Virus record (IMG/VR): IMGVR_UViG_3300037307_000441
Direction: 5' to 3' (one strand)
Source: a virus
Lineage: Duplodnaviria; Heunggongvirae; Uroviricota; Caudoviricetes
DNA length: 12,377 nt
Part shown: positions 1 through 7,486 of the stretch, in pieces
Layout: each line of letters starts with the position of its first letter
How positions within the stretch are numbered: the stretch's first letter is position 1
Made by a program: the position numbers and the translations under genes
The notes under the pieces: generated by a model
What the model was told of the DNA's origin: nothing
The model's database searches: none
The model's input: the letters and a program-made list of their open reading frames with translations, nothing else

Positions 1-1377
1 TAATCCGCCATATGTATTAGTAGCACACTGACTTCCACTAGCTACCGATAATGTGGCAGTAACTTGTCCAGTTAGATCACCCTGCCATGTAAATCCAACA
101 TTAACAATAGTATTGGAGTTTATTGGGCTATTAGATCCATCTCTTAGTTTTGCCGTAACTTCTATTTGACCACTTCCGTTAGATTGAGCTGACATACAAA
201 GGTCTGCATAAACTTGTAGACTTGTCGTTGTTGTCGTTGTTGTACTTGTCGTTGTTGTTGTCGTCGTTGTCGTCGTCGTTGTCGTCGTTGTCGTCGTCGT
301 TAATGGACAATCCGCAACTAAATTTTGTAGGAACAATCCAGAATTTATATAACTACCTGATGTATATAATAACTCTAAATTCGAAGGAGTTGCGTTGCCA
401 TATGGTGGCATAGAATTTAATATGCTGGTTAGTGATGAAAAACTATTACCATAAACATCAACTCCTAATGCTCCAACAGAACCTTGATTATAATTTACGA
501 CAGTTATCCTTCGTATACCGGCTGATATAGTAACTGGGTAGATATTCCACCACCTAAAAAACTCCGCATTACCGAAGTTAGTTTGACTAAAAGCTGTAAC
601 ACCATCTATAGCTATTTGTCCACCATTATCAAATCCAGTTCCTATATAATATGTTCTAGTGGTGGGTACATTTATTGTAAAATTCAAAAAACCATTACCG
701 ACATATTGAAGTTGTGTAGTTGGGTTAACAGGCACATTGGTAGCATTCCACAATCCAGTTCTATTTAGTCTGCCAGAGGTGGCCCCGGTTGTTATATTAA
801 TCCACCAAGAATTAGACCAAGTTCCAGTATTAACCACCCCGCTATAGGTTGCCGCAATTACAATAGGAGTCCCATCATAATTATATGATGAAAATATCTT
901 AATACCTTGCCATCCATAAGCGGCATTTGCTGAAGCAACTGATTGGCCAGTGATAGCACTGCAACTGCCCCCAACAGAATATGTCGCGTTTACTAAATTT
1001 GATATAGCATACCTTCCATCCCAATTTCTTCTTACACAATAACTATTTCTACCAGAAAAGGTTACTGTAATCAAATTTTTATAATAAGTAACTAAAGTAG
1101 CACTTCCTGTAGCTGCTCCACTTGCAGAGAAACCAACACATCTATAAATAGCTTCTTGACCATAAAAAGCGGACATGCTGAATCCTGCTGTTTGTTTAAC
1201 CCCAGCGGTAGCGACGTTGCCTGGTCTAAAAAAATAAGATAAGGAAAACGTACCAGGTGTTCCAGCTCCACTTGGGCCTGGAATCGGTCCTGCTAAACTA
1301 TGTTGTATACTCATTGTATATCCAACTTCATCAGCTATTAAATCAGTAGAAAGAGGACCAGCAACTGGTAATGGCAT
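1..1377 (-). CDS. Putative virion surface/adhesin (fibre-like) protein with a PA14-like beta-sandwich and a poly-Thr linker; partial, runs off the left edge (at least 459 aa)
   Basis: Not in the ORF track. Hand translation from ATG at 1377 is open for 459 codons to position 1: MPLPVAGPLSTDLIADEVG...GFSMSAFYG...TRTYYIGTGFDNGGQIAIDGVTAFSQTNFGNAEFFRWWNIYPVTISAGIRRITVVNYNQGSVGALGVDVY...CPL-T18-S-T7-S-LQVYADLC... It is G/S/T/N-rich, its N-terminus resembles the M(A/P)LPxSGPxS...(I/F)S(L/M)SxFYG leader common in phage glycine-rich fibre/adhesin proteins, and AATATATAG lies 21 nt upstream. Confidence 0.8.
   Translation of the reverse strand, partial: MPLPVAGPLSTDLIADEVGYTMSIQHSLAGPIPGPSGAGTPGTFSLSYFFRPGNVATAGVKQTAGFSMSAFYGQEAIYRCVGFSASGAATGSATLVTYYKNLITVTFSGRNSYCVRRNWDGRYAISNLVNATYSVGGSCSAITGQSVASANAAYGWQGIKIFSSYNYDGTPIVIAATYSGVVNTGTWSNSWWINITTGATSGRLNRTGLWNATNVPVNPTTQLQYVGNGFLNFTINVPTTRTYYIGTGFDNGGQIAIDGVTAFSQTNFGNAEFFRWWNIYPVTISAGIRRITVVNYNQGSVGALGVDVYGNSFSSLTSILNSMPPYGNATPSNLELLYTSGSYINSGLFLQNLVADCPLTTTTTTTTTTTTTTTTTTSTTTTTTTSLQVYADLCMSAQSNGSGQIEVTAKLRDGSNSPINSNTIVNVGFTWQGDLTGQVTATLSVASGSQCATNTYGGL
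220..300 (-). repeat. (ACG/ACA)n trinucleotide tract encoding T18-S-T7-S
   Basis: Read directly: the plus strand shows gtc/gtt triplet runs; the minus-strand frame gives 25 Thr and 2 Ser. Confidence 0.95.
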
Positions 1378-1397
1378 TAATTAAAAACTATTTTTTA

Positions 1398-1406
1398 CTA
1401 TATATT
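1398..1406 (-). promoter_or_regulatory. Putative phage late promoter AATATATAG
   Basis: The 8-mer AATATATA ends 21 nt before the ATG at 1377; the same motif and spacing occur before ATG 7424 and ATG 9434. Confidence 0.6.
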
Positions 1407-1431
1407 TAAAACTTTGCTTCTTGTAATTTAT

Positions 1432-1462
1432 TTTGTAATTTCAATTATTTTTCGTATATTTG
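1432..1462 (+). promoter_or_regulatory. Bacteroidota sigma-A-type promoter (-33 TTTG, 19 nt, -7 TATATTTG)
   Basis: TTTG at 1432-1435 and TATATTTG at 1455-1462 match the TTTG-N19-21-TAnnTTTG consensus; 15 nt upstream of ATG 1478. Confidence 0.8.
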
Positions 1463-1477
1463 TATAAAATATAGTAT

Positions 1478-1738
1478 ATGTTTTACAATCTAATCAGATT
1501 ATTTGGGTTTTTATTCTTTATATTTTTGATATTTGCCTTTAATGTGTTAGTATCATTAGTTATTTTATCAATGCTTATCGTTCCTGCCACATGGGTTTAC
1601 TCAAAAATGATAGGTAGAAGTTACAATTCTGTCATTGATAGTTCAAATATGTTATATAAATTAAACAAATTTGGTCAATGGGCTTTGGTCATTTTTGGAT
1701 CAATATATTTTATGTATCTTATAATTTTAAATAGTTAA
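1478..1738 (+). CDS. Small integral membrane protein (2-3 predicted TM segments), function unknown
   Basis: 86 aa with long hydrophobic stretches at the N- and C-termini; first gene behind the promoter. Confidence 0.75.
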   Translation: MFYNLIRLFGFLFFIFLIFAFNVLVSLVILSMLIVPATWVYSKMIGRSYNSVIDSSNMLYKLNKFGQWALVIFGSIYFMYLIILNS

Positions 1739-1739
1739 T

Positions 1740-1934
1740 ATGAAATTTTTTTATTTAGTATCAATTTTATTTATGATATCTTGTCATGACAAGTCGGCAC
1801 CTAAAATTATCACATCAAAATCGGTTAGTATAACTGGAACTTGGTTGTATAAATATGATTGGGGTGGAAAGGAGTTTTGGTTTGAGGAAAAGTTAGATAA
1901 ATATAATGTTGGTGATACATTAACCGGAAAATAA
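1740..1934 (+). CDS. Small putative lipoprotein
   Basis: MKFFYLVSILFMIS-C: basic N-terminus, hydrophobic core and a lipobox-like Cys15; starts 1 nt after the upstream stop. Confidence 0.7.
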   Translation: MKFFYLVSILFMISCHDKSAPKIITSKSVSITGTWLYKYDWGGKEFWFEEKLDKYNVGDTLTGK

Positions 1935-1964
1935 ACTTTTTCGGTTTTTTATTTTATAAAAAAT

Positions 1965-2540
1965 ATGCATACAATCAATATTAAAATCGAACAGATATTA
2001 GAAGAATGCCCATTTGTGCAAGAATGGATAGATGTTCTTAAAAAGGATATTCTTAAAAAAGAAATAAATAACTCTTCAATAATTTCCTATTACAGTTATG
2101 GATTTTTTGTTAAAAAATCTGAAAATAATATGGATTCTATTATCGATAGAATAGAAAATAATTTTAAATTAAAATATGATGACAGACTTAAAGAAGAGCT
2201 TTCTAAAGTAAGAGTAGATATTATATTACAGATGGGAAATGTGGTATTTTCTAACAGAGTAGAAAAAAATTTTATTCCTAAAACAATATCTGATATTATT
2301 ACAGAAATAACAAAAATTAAGATGAATTTAGAATTTGAAGAACATGGTGATATTGAAATAAAAAATACAATACCACCCTATAGTGATACCGTTATTATAG
2401 AATTTATCGATTATTCTAATCAATCAGAAGAAATTGAATATGATATGGATGATCTTTTAGATAAGATTCACAACCAAGGATACGACTCATTAACACCAGA
2501 AGAAAAATCATTTTTAGATAAAAAAAGTAAAGATGTATAA
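1965..2540 (+). CDS. Hypothetical protein with a C-terminal DUF6576-like helical motif
   Basis: The C-terminus MDDLLDKIHNQGYDSLTPEEKSFLDK resembles the (V/I)DxILDKIxxxGYxSLTxEEK motif at the C-terminus of Bacteroidota rhomboid proteases (recognised from memory). Confidence 0.65.
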   Translation: MHTINIKIEQILEECPFVQEWIDVLKKDILKKEINNSSIISYYSYGFFVKKSENNMDSIIDRIENNFKLKYDDRLKEELSKVRVDIILQMGNVVFSNRVEKNFIPKTISDIITEITKIKMNLEFEEHGDIEIKNTIPPYSDTVIIEFIDYSNQSEEIEYDMDDLLDKIHNQGYDSLTPEEKSFLDKKSKDV

Positions 2541-2994
2541 AATATTACTTATTTTATTATTTACCCCATTATCACTTTTATCACAAAAGATATATAAGTC
2601 AAATTCTACTTTTAGTGAAGATATATTGTTCACTATAAAAAATGATAGGGTATACGAAAAAAACTCTACTTTTAGTAACGATATAATTTTAACCATAAGT
2701 GAAAATAAAATTTATAAAGGTAGAAATAATACTCAGAGTAATTTAATCTATATTATTGAAGATAATATAGTATATAAATTTAGTAAATTAACACAAAATA
2801 TTGTCTTTACCAAAAAAGATAACTTTTTATATAAAAAAAATAGTACATTTAGCAGTGATATATTTATAAACATAGATGGTAATAAAGTGTATCAAACAAG
2901 TAAGTCATATTCACAAAACTTAATTTTTAATAGTAATGAGAATATTGATTTAGTTGAATTAACAGCAATTTTATACTTACTAAAAATAATTTAA
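2533..2994 (+). CDS. Secreted protein built from six ~20-aa tandem repeats
   Basis: Signal peptide MYKILLILLFTPLSLLS followed by Q, then repeats KIYKSNSTFSEDILFTIKND / RVYEKNSTFSNDIILTISEN / KIYKGRNNTQSNLIYIIEDN / IVYKFSKLTQNIVFTKKDN / FLYKKNSTFSSDIFINIDGN / KVYQTSKSYSQNLIFNSNEN. Confidence 0.8.
   Translation: MYKILLILLFTPLSLLSQKIYKSNSTFSEDILFTIKNDRVYEKNSTFSNDIILTISENKIYKGRNNTQSNLIYIIEDNIVYKFSKLTQNIVFTKKDNFLYKKNSTFSSDIFINIDGNKVYQTSKSYSQNLIFNSNENIDLVELTAILYLLKII
2587..2943 (+). repeat. Six imperfect 57-60 nt intragenic repeats (protein repeat x(I/V/L)YxxNSTFSxD(I/L))
   Basis: NSTFS recurs three times (DNA aattctacttttagt, aactctacttttagt, aatagtacatttagc) with ~20-codon periodicity. Confidence 0.8.
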
Positions 2995-2995
2995 T

Positions 2996-4180
2996 ATGTT
3001 TGATGTTGAAAAATATCTTAAAAAAGCTCTTCTAAAATTAAAGCTTAACTATGGTCTGCCTAAAAGTGGGTTTATTGCGGGTGGTTCGATAGCTAATCTA
3101 ACATGGGAGATGGTGTCTGGTCACAAAGCTGTAGTAAATGATATTGACATATTTATTGTTGATAATAGTAACGAAGATAAAATTTATCAATTTGAGAGAA
3201 AAGAATTAGAGTATTTTGAAACTTATGGTCAAATATCATACACTACCAAGGTAAAAGATAGTTATAAAATACACGAATCATCAAACGATGGTATATTTAA
3301 TCGTATTACATATTCTTCTAAAAATACTTCACCACAAATTATAATTGACTCTTTTGATATCAATTCAGTAATGGTTGGATACTCTGTAGATGAAGATAAA
3401 TTCTATTATAGACCAGAATTTGTAGAATTTCTAAAAACAGGTGTATTAAAAGTAGTAAACTTACACACCCCAGCACATACTGCTATAAGATTAATTAAAA
3501 AATCAAATGAGTTAAACGCCAAGGTAGATGAATTAGAATTTAAGATTTTATCACATTGCGTAAAGAATAAACTTCATTTTTCTGATATAGATAGGTATCG
3601 TTTTTTACAGAGGTATGCTGATATGTTTGAAAAATATAAATCCTTTTTACTTAGATATTTTGAACTTAAAAGAGACGCTGAAATAGAAGAATACTTAAAA
3701 GAATCTAAAAAGGTAGAAACTCCTGTTTATTATATTGAACCAATTTCTGAATTTAATTTTGGGGAATTCAAACATAGTATGGCATCTGATTTTTTATTTT
3801 ATGTCAGAAATGTTTTTATAAAGGGTGATGAAAAATTATTTAACATATGGAATAATCTTCATTTTTATTTCAAAGATATTAATTATGTAAATGGTGATGA
3901 AAAGGATGAAGACATAAAATATTTAACTAAGCTTTCAAATCTATATCCTAACATAATCAACAATCTTAAAGGAATGAATTTTGCGGAACAAATAAATATT
4001 GTAAGAAATGTTATGCAAAAAATAACAAATTACTATGACTATGATACAGCCATTTCAGTTTTAGAAAATATTAAATTAAGTAGAAACACCAAGTTTGATG
4101 AAGATAGTTGTTTAATTATAGGTTTAAGTGTAAGAACAAAGGTAAGAAGAAATGATAACAAACCACATTTACCTTTTTAA
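2996..4180 (+). CDS. Nucleotidyltransferase with a poly(A) polymerase/CCA-adding-enzyme-like head domain
   Basis: GFIAGGSIANL...VNDIDIFI matches the (Y/F)xxGGxxRD...DxD class II NTase signature; DSFDINSVMVGY aligns with RRDFTINAMAY. Confidence 0.65.
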   Translation: MFDVEKYLKKALLKLKLNYGLPKSGFIAGGSIANLTWEMVSGHKAVVNDIDIFIVDNSNEDKIYQFERKELEYFETYGQISYTTKVKDSYKIHESSNDGIFNRITYSSKNTSPQIIIDSFDINSVMVGYSVDEDKFYYRPEFVEFLKTGVLKVVNLHTPAHTAIRLIKKSNELNAKVDELEFKILSHCVKNKLHFSDIDRYRFLQRYADMFEKYKSFLLRYFELKRDAEIEEYLKESKKVETPVYYIEPISEFNFGEFKHSMASDFLFYVRNVFIKGDEKLFNIWNNLHFYFKDINYVNGDEKDEDIKYLTKLSNLYPNIINNLKGMNFAEQINIVRNVMQKITNYYDYDTAISVLENIKLSRNTKFDEDSCLIIGLSVRTKVRRNDNKPHLPF

Positions 4181-4186
4181 CTAAAA

Positions 4187-4717
4187 TTATATTTGGTTTC
4201 TCCCAGCTTCGCTTATGTAGACAACTCTACCCTTATCCTCATCATACACCATTATTCTTTTTATCTCATCTATCCACTCTCTTTCAGTTTTATTGTAAAC
4301 TTGTTCTTTAACCTTTTTGATTATATAATCAACATCCTCTCTATTTTTAAAGTTGAATATATTTGATAATTTTAGATATTGAAATCCTGACTCTAAATAT
4401 TTTTCCATAGTGGGCCATTTCTTCATTCTTTTTTCAATCAACCTTAATCTTTTCCTTATCTTGTTTAATTTAGATGGTATTTCAATATCATATTTTATAT
4501 CTTCAAGAATTTCATATTCTGCTTTTTCTACATAATAGTTATCAATAGCGGTGTTGACTAAAAAATCAATTTTTTTATCAGTTGAGAAATTTGCCCAAAT
4601 TGGAGTTACCACAGGGGCCATAATTAATCCAAAAAACATTTGAGCATAGTAGTTAAGATTTCTCTCTTGTCCTATTGATTCATTTACAAAATCATCAAAT
4701 TTATTTATATGTTTCAT
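4187..4717 (-). CDS. Hypothetical protein with a capsid-targeting-like N-terminus (MKHINKFDDFVNES); probable internal head protein
   Basis: 176-aa ORF; the N-terminal peptide resembles T4 IPII/IPIII MKTYQEFIAE; AATATATAC lies 8 nt upstream. Confidence 0.7.
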   Translation of the reverse strand: MKHINKFDDFVNESIGQERNLNYYAQMFFGLIMAPVVTPIWANFSTDKKIDFLVNTAIDNYYVEKAEYEILEDIKYDIEIPSKLNKIRKRLRLIEKRMKKWPTMEKYLESGFQYLKLSNIFNFKNREDVDYIIKKVKEQVYNKTEREWIDEIKRIMVYDEDKGRVVYISEAGRNQI

Positions 4718-4718
4718 A

Positions 4719-5981
4719 CTAATTGTATATATTATTTTTAATAAATGATGAATAATTCATTAAAATAGACTCTCTAACAAGTTGATAACCTTTACCTATT
4801 TTTTGTAATTTTTTTCTATTCTTTTTCAAATCAGATCCAAACTTATTTAAATTAGCTCCTTTTTGGTATATAAGAAAATCAAGTTGAGCATCTGTTAGTT
4901 TTCCATCATTTTTATCAAACTCAGACATAATCAAATTGTAAAAATCATGTCTGTTTAATTTTTCTATACCAAAATGTTTTTTAAAATCCTCAAGATTATT
5001 AAAGACTAAATCATTCATATAAATCAAACCATTTTGAACACTTATTTCTAATTCATCATCTTCATGCCATTTAGTGAAATGATATTTTCTACCAGATTTG
5101 AAGTGATATAAATAATTCTTATAACTTCTAACTTCTTGACAAACATAATATAAGTTATCTAATATAGTAAATACTTCTTGGAATATTTTTTGATCGTTAG
5201 ACAGTTGTATTTCTTCGGTTTCTAATCTAGAATCAATTTGATAATTTCTATCAAGCAATCTAACGGTTGGTAAGTTATCCCATTTTATTTTGATGGCGGC
5301 TTTCGCAACACTTTCAACATATTTAATATCCACATATTCATTTGTGGTGTGTTCATTATAAACCCCTACTGATAGGTTAACAATTTCAGGAATTAAATCT
5401 CCAAAAAATGCCGTATCTGTATAATAACCAGTTCTATCTTTTTGATAATCAATGCCATTTGATTTAAAATCTTCAATTAACTTATCAGCAAATTCATCTG
5501 AACAACAACTTCTTCCAAATTGACGTGTTATTAATTGCCCCTTTTCTTTTCTATCAAATGATACAGCCCTTTTGAATTTTTTAAAAAATTCAGGATTAGA
5601 TTCAATTGCTAATAAAGAACCGTGTGGTAAATCTTTATGAACGGCACCTTCTTCACCTAAGAAAAAATAATAAGTTCCTGGAACAAAATTTTCAATCATA
5701 TAAAACAAAACGCAACACCCTGCTTTATTATCACCCCCCAAAATTGTGGTTCCGTCAGTTTTGATTATATTTCCGTTTATTATATGATTGACTTTTTCTT
5801 TCTTATCGGTTGATACATCTAGGTGTGATGTAAATAAGGTTTCTGAAGTTCCAATTTGATAGTAATAATTACCAACCGAATCTTTTTTCCATCCACTTGG
5901 TAGTAGATGCTCTAGTTCCGATTCGTGTCCAAAAGGTATTGTCCACTCTGTTAATTTTAAAAATGTATCTTTAAAGTTCAT
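4719..5981 (-). CDS. M20/M28-clan zinc metallopeptidase (probable start 5981, MNFKDTF; the track starts at 5993)
   Basis: Full set of clan MH ligands: TSHLD (His), GGDNKAG (Asp), LGEEG (Glu-Glu), SFDR (Asp), NEHTTNE (His). ATG 5981 lies 1 nt after the upstream TAA, the same coupling as at 4717. Confidence 0.85.
   Translation of the reverse strand: MNFKDTFLKLTEWTIPFGHESELEHLLPSGWKKDSVGNYYYQIGTSETLFTSHLDVSTDKKEKVNHIINGNIIKTDGTTILGGDNKAGCCVLFYMIENFVPGTYYFFLGEEGAVHKDLPHGSLLAIESNPEFFKKFKRAVSFDRKEKGQLITRQFGRSCCSDEFADKLIEDFKSNGIDYQKDRTGYYTDTAFFGDLIPEIVNLSVGVYNEHTTNEYVDIKYVESVAKAAIKIKWDNLPTVRLLDRNYQIDSRLETEEIQLSNDQKIFQEVFTILDNLYYVCQEVRSYKNYLYHFKSGRKYHFTKWHEDDELEISVQNGLIYMNDLVFNNLEDFKKHFGIEKLNRHDFYNLIMSEFDKNDGKLTDAQLDFLIYQKGANLNKFGSDLKKNRKKLQKIGKGYQLVRESILMNYSSFIKNNIYN
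4725..4733 (-). promoter_or_regulatory. Putative late promoter AATATATAC embedded in the last codons of the peptidase gene
   Basis: The motif lies within codons N-N-I-Y, 8 nt before ATG 4717. Confidence 0.4.
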
Positions 5982-5982
5982 A

Positions 5983-6216
5983 TTAGTCAACATATATTAA
6001 TACTATATCATCATCAACATCATATTCTTCTCCATTTGTTATACTAATCATAAAATAAGAGGTGCTATCTAAATTAGAATTATAAACAATAACTTTTTTA
6101 TCATCATCGATGTTGGATAAAAGTTTTTTTAAATCACCAACTGTTGTTGGAGCCTCCAACTTTAGCCTAAATTCTTTGTCAATATCTTCTGTAATAATCT
6201 TTGTAAATTTTTTCAT
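5983..6216 (-). CDS. Small acidic hypothetical phage protein with a targeting-like N-terminus (MKKFTKIITE)
   Basis: 77 aa; TVGDLKKLLSNIDDDKKVIV resembles the common phage MTVxELxxxLxxxxxDxxV motif; co-oriented within the cassette. Confidence 0.75.
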   Translation of the reverse strand: MKKFTKIITEDIDKEFRLKLEAPTTVGDLKKLLSNIDDDKKVIVYNSNLDSTSYFMISITNGEEYDVDDDIVLIYVD

Positions 6217-6230
6217 AAATATTTATATTT

Positions 6231-7424
6231 TTAATCATCATCATCATATCCAGCATTGTGGTCATAATCATCTTCATAATCATCATCTTCAGACCACTCT
6301 ATATATGTTGATTCAGGAAAACTTTGATTACTAATTTTCCCAGTATCTGGATTCCATTTATCCATTGTATCAACAGATGGAAATTTTTCCATACCAGTTT
6401 CTTTTAACTGAGCAACATATGTATTATTATAATTATTACCATCATCTATTGCATCCCATTCCATATGTTTTGCATAATCCTTAAATATTTTCACATCAGA
6501 ATCATTACTAACATATATTCTATCCATCATTTTTTTACCATCAACTAAATTCCATACCAGAGCTCTACCAACTATTTTATCAGGATTTTCATCTGATTTT
6601 AATATTAATAACTTTACTGTTTCTGGATTCTTAATGTATATCTCTAACCAGTCTAATCTACCAACCGCTTGACAAGATGATCCTAAACTCCCTTTATGTG
6701 GATGTAAATAGTTTTTTCTGTGATACCAAAAACCTAAATCATCTCCCTCTACAATTTCAAAATTAGAAAAAGCATCATTTATAACTTTAAGAGTTCCCTT
6801 AAAATCATTTACAAATTTTTCTATTTCACTGTCACTTACATTATTAATTCCATTTGCTGATAATAAACTCCTGACTAATCTTCCAATTCTTATTTCTTGT
6901 CTACTTTTGTTAAACACTATTTTATATAATTTATCTTTAGCATCTTTTAACTTTTCATAATTATAGACCCCTTGACCATTTTCAAATTTAACATAACACC
7001 ATGTTTTTCCACTTTTTTCTGACTTAATTTTACTTACAATCTCACCAATTTCTCCACCTTGTGGGTTATATACTTCCTTTGTTGTTGGAACATATCCAAG
7101 TGAATCGAAAATATTTTTATTAGCTTCTACATTATTAGTCAACCATCCACCTCTTCCCCCCTCATAACTAACTACTTCTTTATCTGTCTTTAATACTTCT
7201 TGAGCAACTCTGTCTGGAGTAAAGGTTAAAGATGAATCATCGTCTTTCTTTATACCAATAAAATTAGCAGTTACATTTAGATCTTTATTTTCAATCTCTA
7301 ATAATTTAGAGGCAATTTTATTATCACTCATTTTATTGAGCACTTTTTTAAATTTATCAGAATAAATTACATTAGATTCTAATAAAAGAGATTCAATTAT
7401 AAATTCAGAATAATTAGTTATCAT
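6231..7424 (-). CDS. Conserved phage protein of the SC(M/Q)...GRALxW...MDRIY type (possibly GNAT-like) with a capsid-targeting-like N-terminus and an acidic tail
   Basis: 397 aa; motifs RQEIRIGRLV, GSLGSSCQ, IVGRALVW, MMDRIYV; N-terminus MITNYSEFIIES; C-terminus EDDDYEDDYDHNAGYDDDD. The fold assignment is inference. Confidence 0.75.
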   Translation of the reverse strand: MITNYSEFIIESLLLESNVIYSDKFKKVLNKMSDNKIASKLLEIENKDLNVTANFIGIKKDDDSSLTFTPDRVAQEVLKTDKEVVSYEGGRGGWLTNNVEANKNIFDSLGYVPTTKEVYNPQGGEIGEIVSKIKSEKSGKTWCYVKFENGQGVYNYEKLKDAKDKLYKIVFNKSRQEIRIGRLVRSLLSANGINNVSDSEIEKFVNDFKGTLKVINDAFSNFEIVEGDDLGFWYHRKNYLHPHKGSLGSSCQAVGRLDWLEIYIKNPETVKLLILKSDENPDKIVGRALVWNLVDGKKMMDRIYVSNDSDVKIFKDYAKHMEWDAIDDGNNYNNTYVAQLKETGMEKFPSVDTMDKWNPDTGKISNQSFPESTYIEWSEDDDYEDDYDHNAGYDDDD

Positions 7425-7441
7425 TTAATAAGAAGTATTTT

Positions 7442-7472
7442 TTTGTATATATTAAATTTTTAGTTATATTTG
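7442..7472 (+). promoter_or_regulatory. Bacteroidota sigma-A-type promoter (-33 TTTG, 19 nt, -7 TATATTTG)
   Basis: TTTG at 7442-7445, TATATTTG at 7465-7472; 14 nt before ATG 7487. Confidence 0.8.
7445..7453 (-). promoter_or_regulatory. Putative late promoter AATATATAC
   Basis: The 8-mer ends 21 nt before ATG 7424 and lies in the spacer of the opposite-strand sigma-A promoter. Confidence 0.6.
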
Positions 7473-7486
7473 TAGAAAGTGTATAT

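Noticed and set aside
220-300. CRISPR-like or mobile-element repeat
   Set aside because: A simple in-frame trinucleotide tract with no spacers; no CRISPR array, tRNA or transposase was seen anywhere in the window.
222-413. Track ORF, plus strand, Ser/Leu-rich 63 aa
   Set aside because: Antisense shadow of the poly-Thr tract within the long minus-strand ORF.
583-768. Track ORF, plus strand, 61 aa
   Set aside because: Antisense to the 459+ aa ORF; TTG start and no recognisable features.
1478-1934. Holin plus o-spanin interpretation of the membrane protein and lipoprotein
   Set aside because: No endolysin or i-spanin is adjacent, and the genes sit behind a host-type (early) promoter.
1926-1958. 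Possible terminator hairpin between the lipoprotein gene and ORF 1965
   Set aside because: The stem is A/T-only and imperfect; not supportable.
2514-2696. Track ORF, minus strand, 60 aa
   Set aside because: Antisense to two well-formed plus-strand genes.
6217-6229. T4 late promoter consensus TATAAATA just upstream of ATG 6216
   Set aside because: Only 3 nt from the start codon, a single occurrence in such a position, and expected by chance at this AT content; it may instead be a degenerate AATATATA motif.
6110-6334. Track ORF with a His-rich run (NHHHHIQHCGHNHLHNHH) resembling a metal-binding peptide
   Set aside because: It is the reverse complement of the GAT (Asp) repeats of the acidic tail and lies antisense to two real genes.
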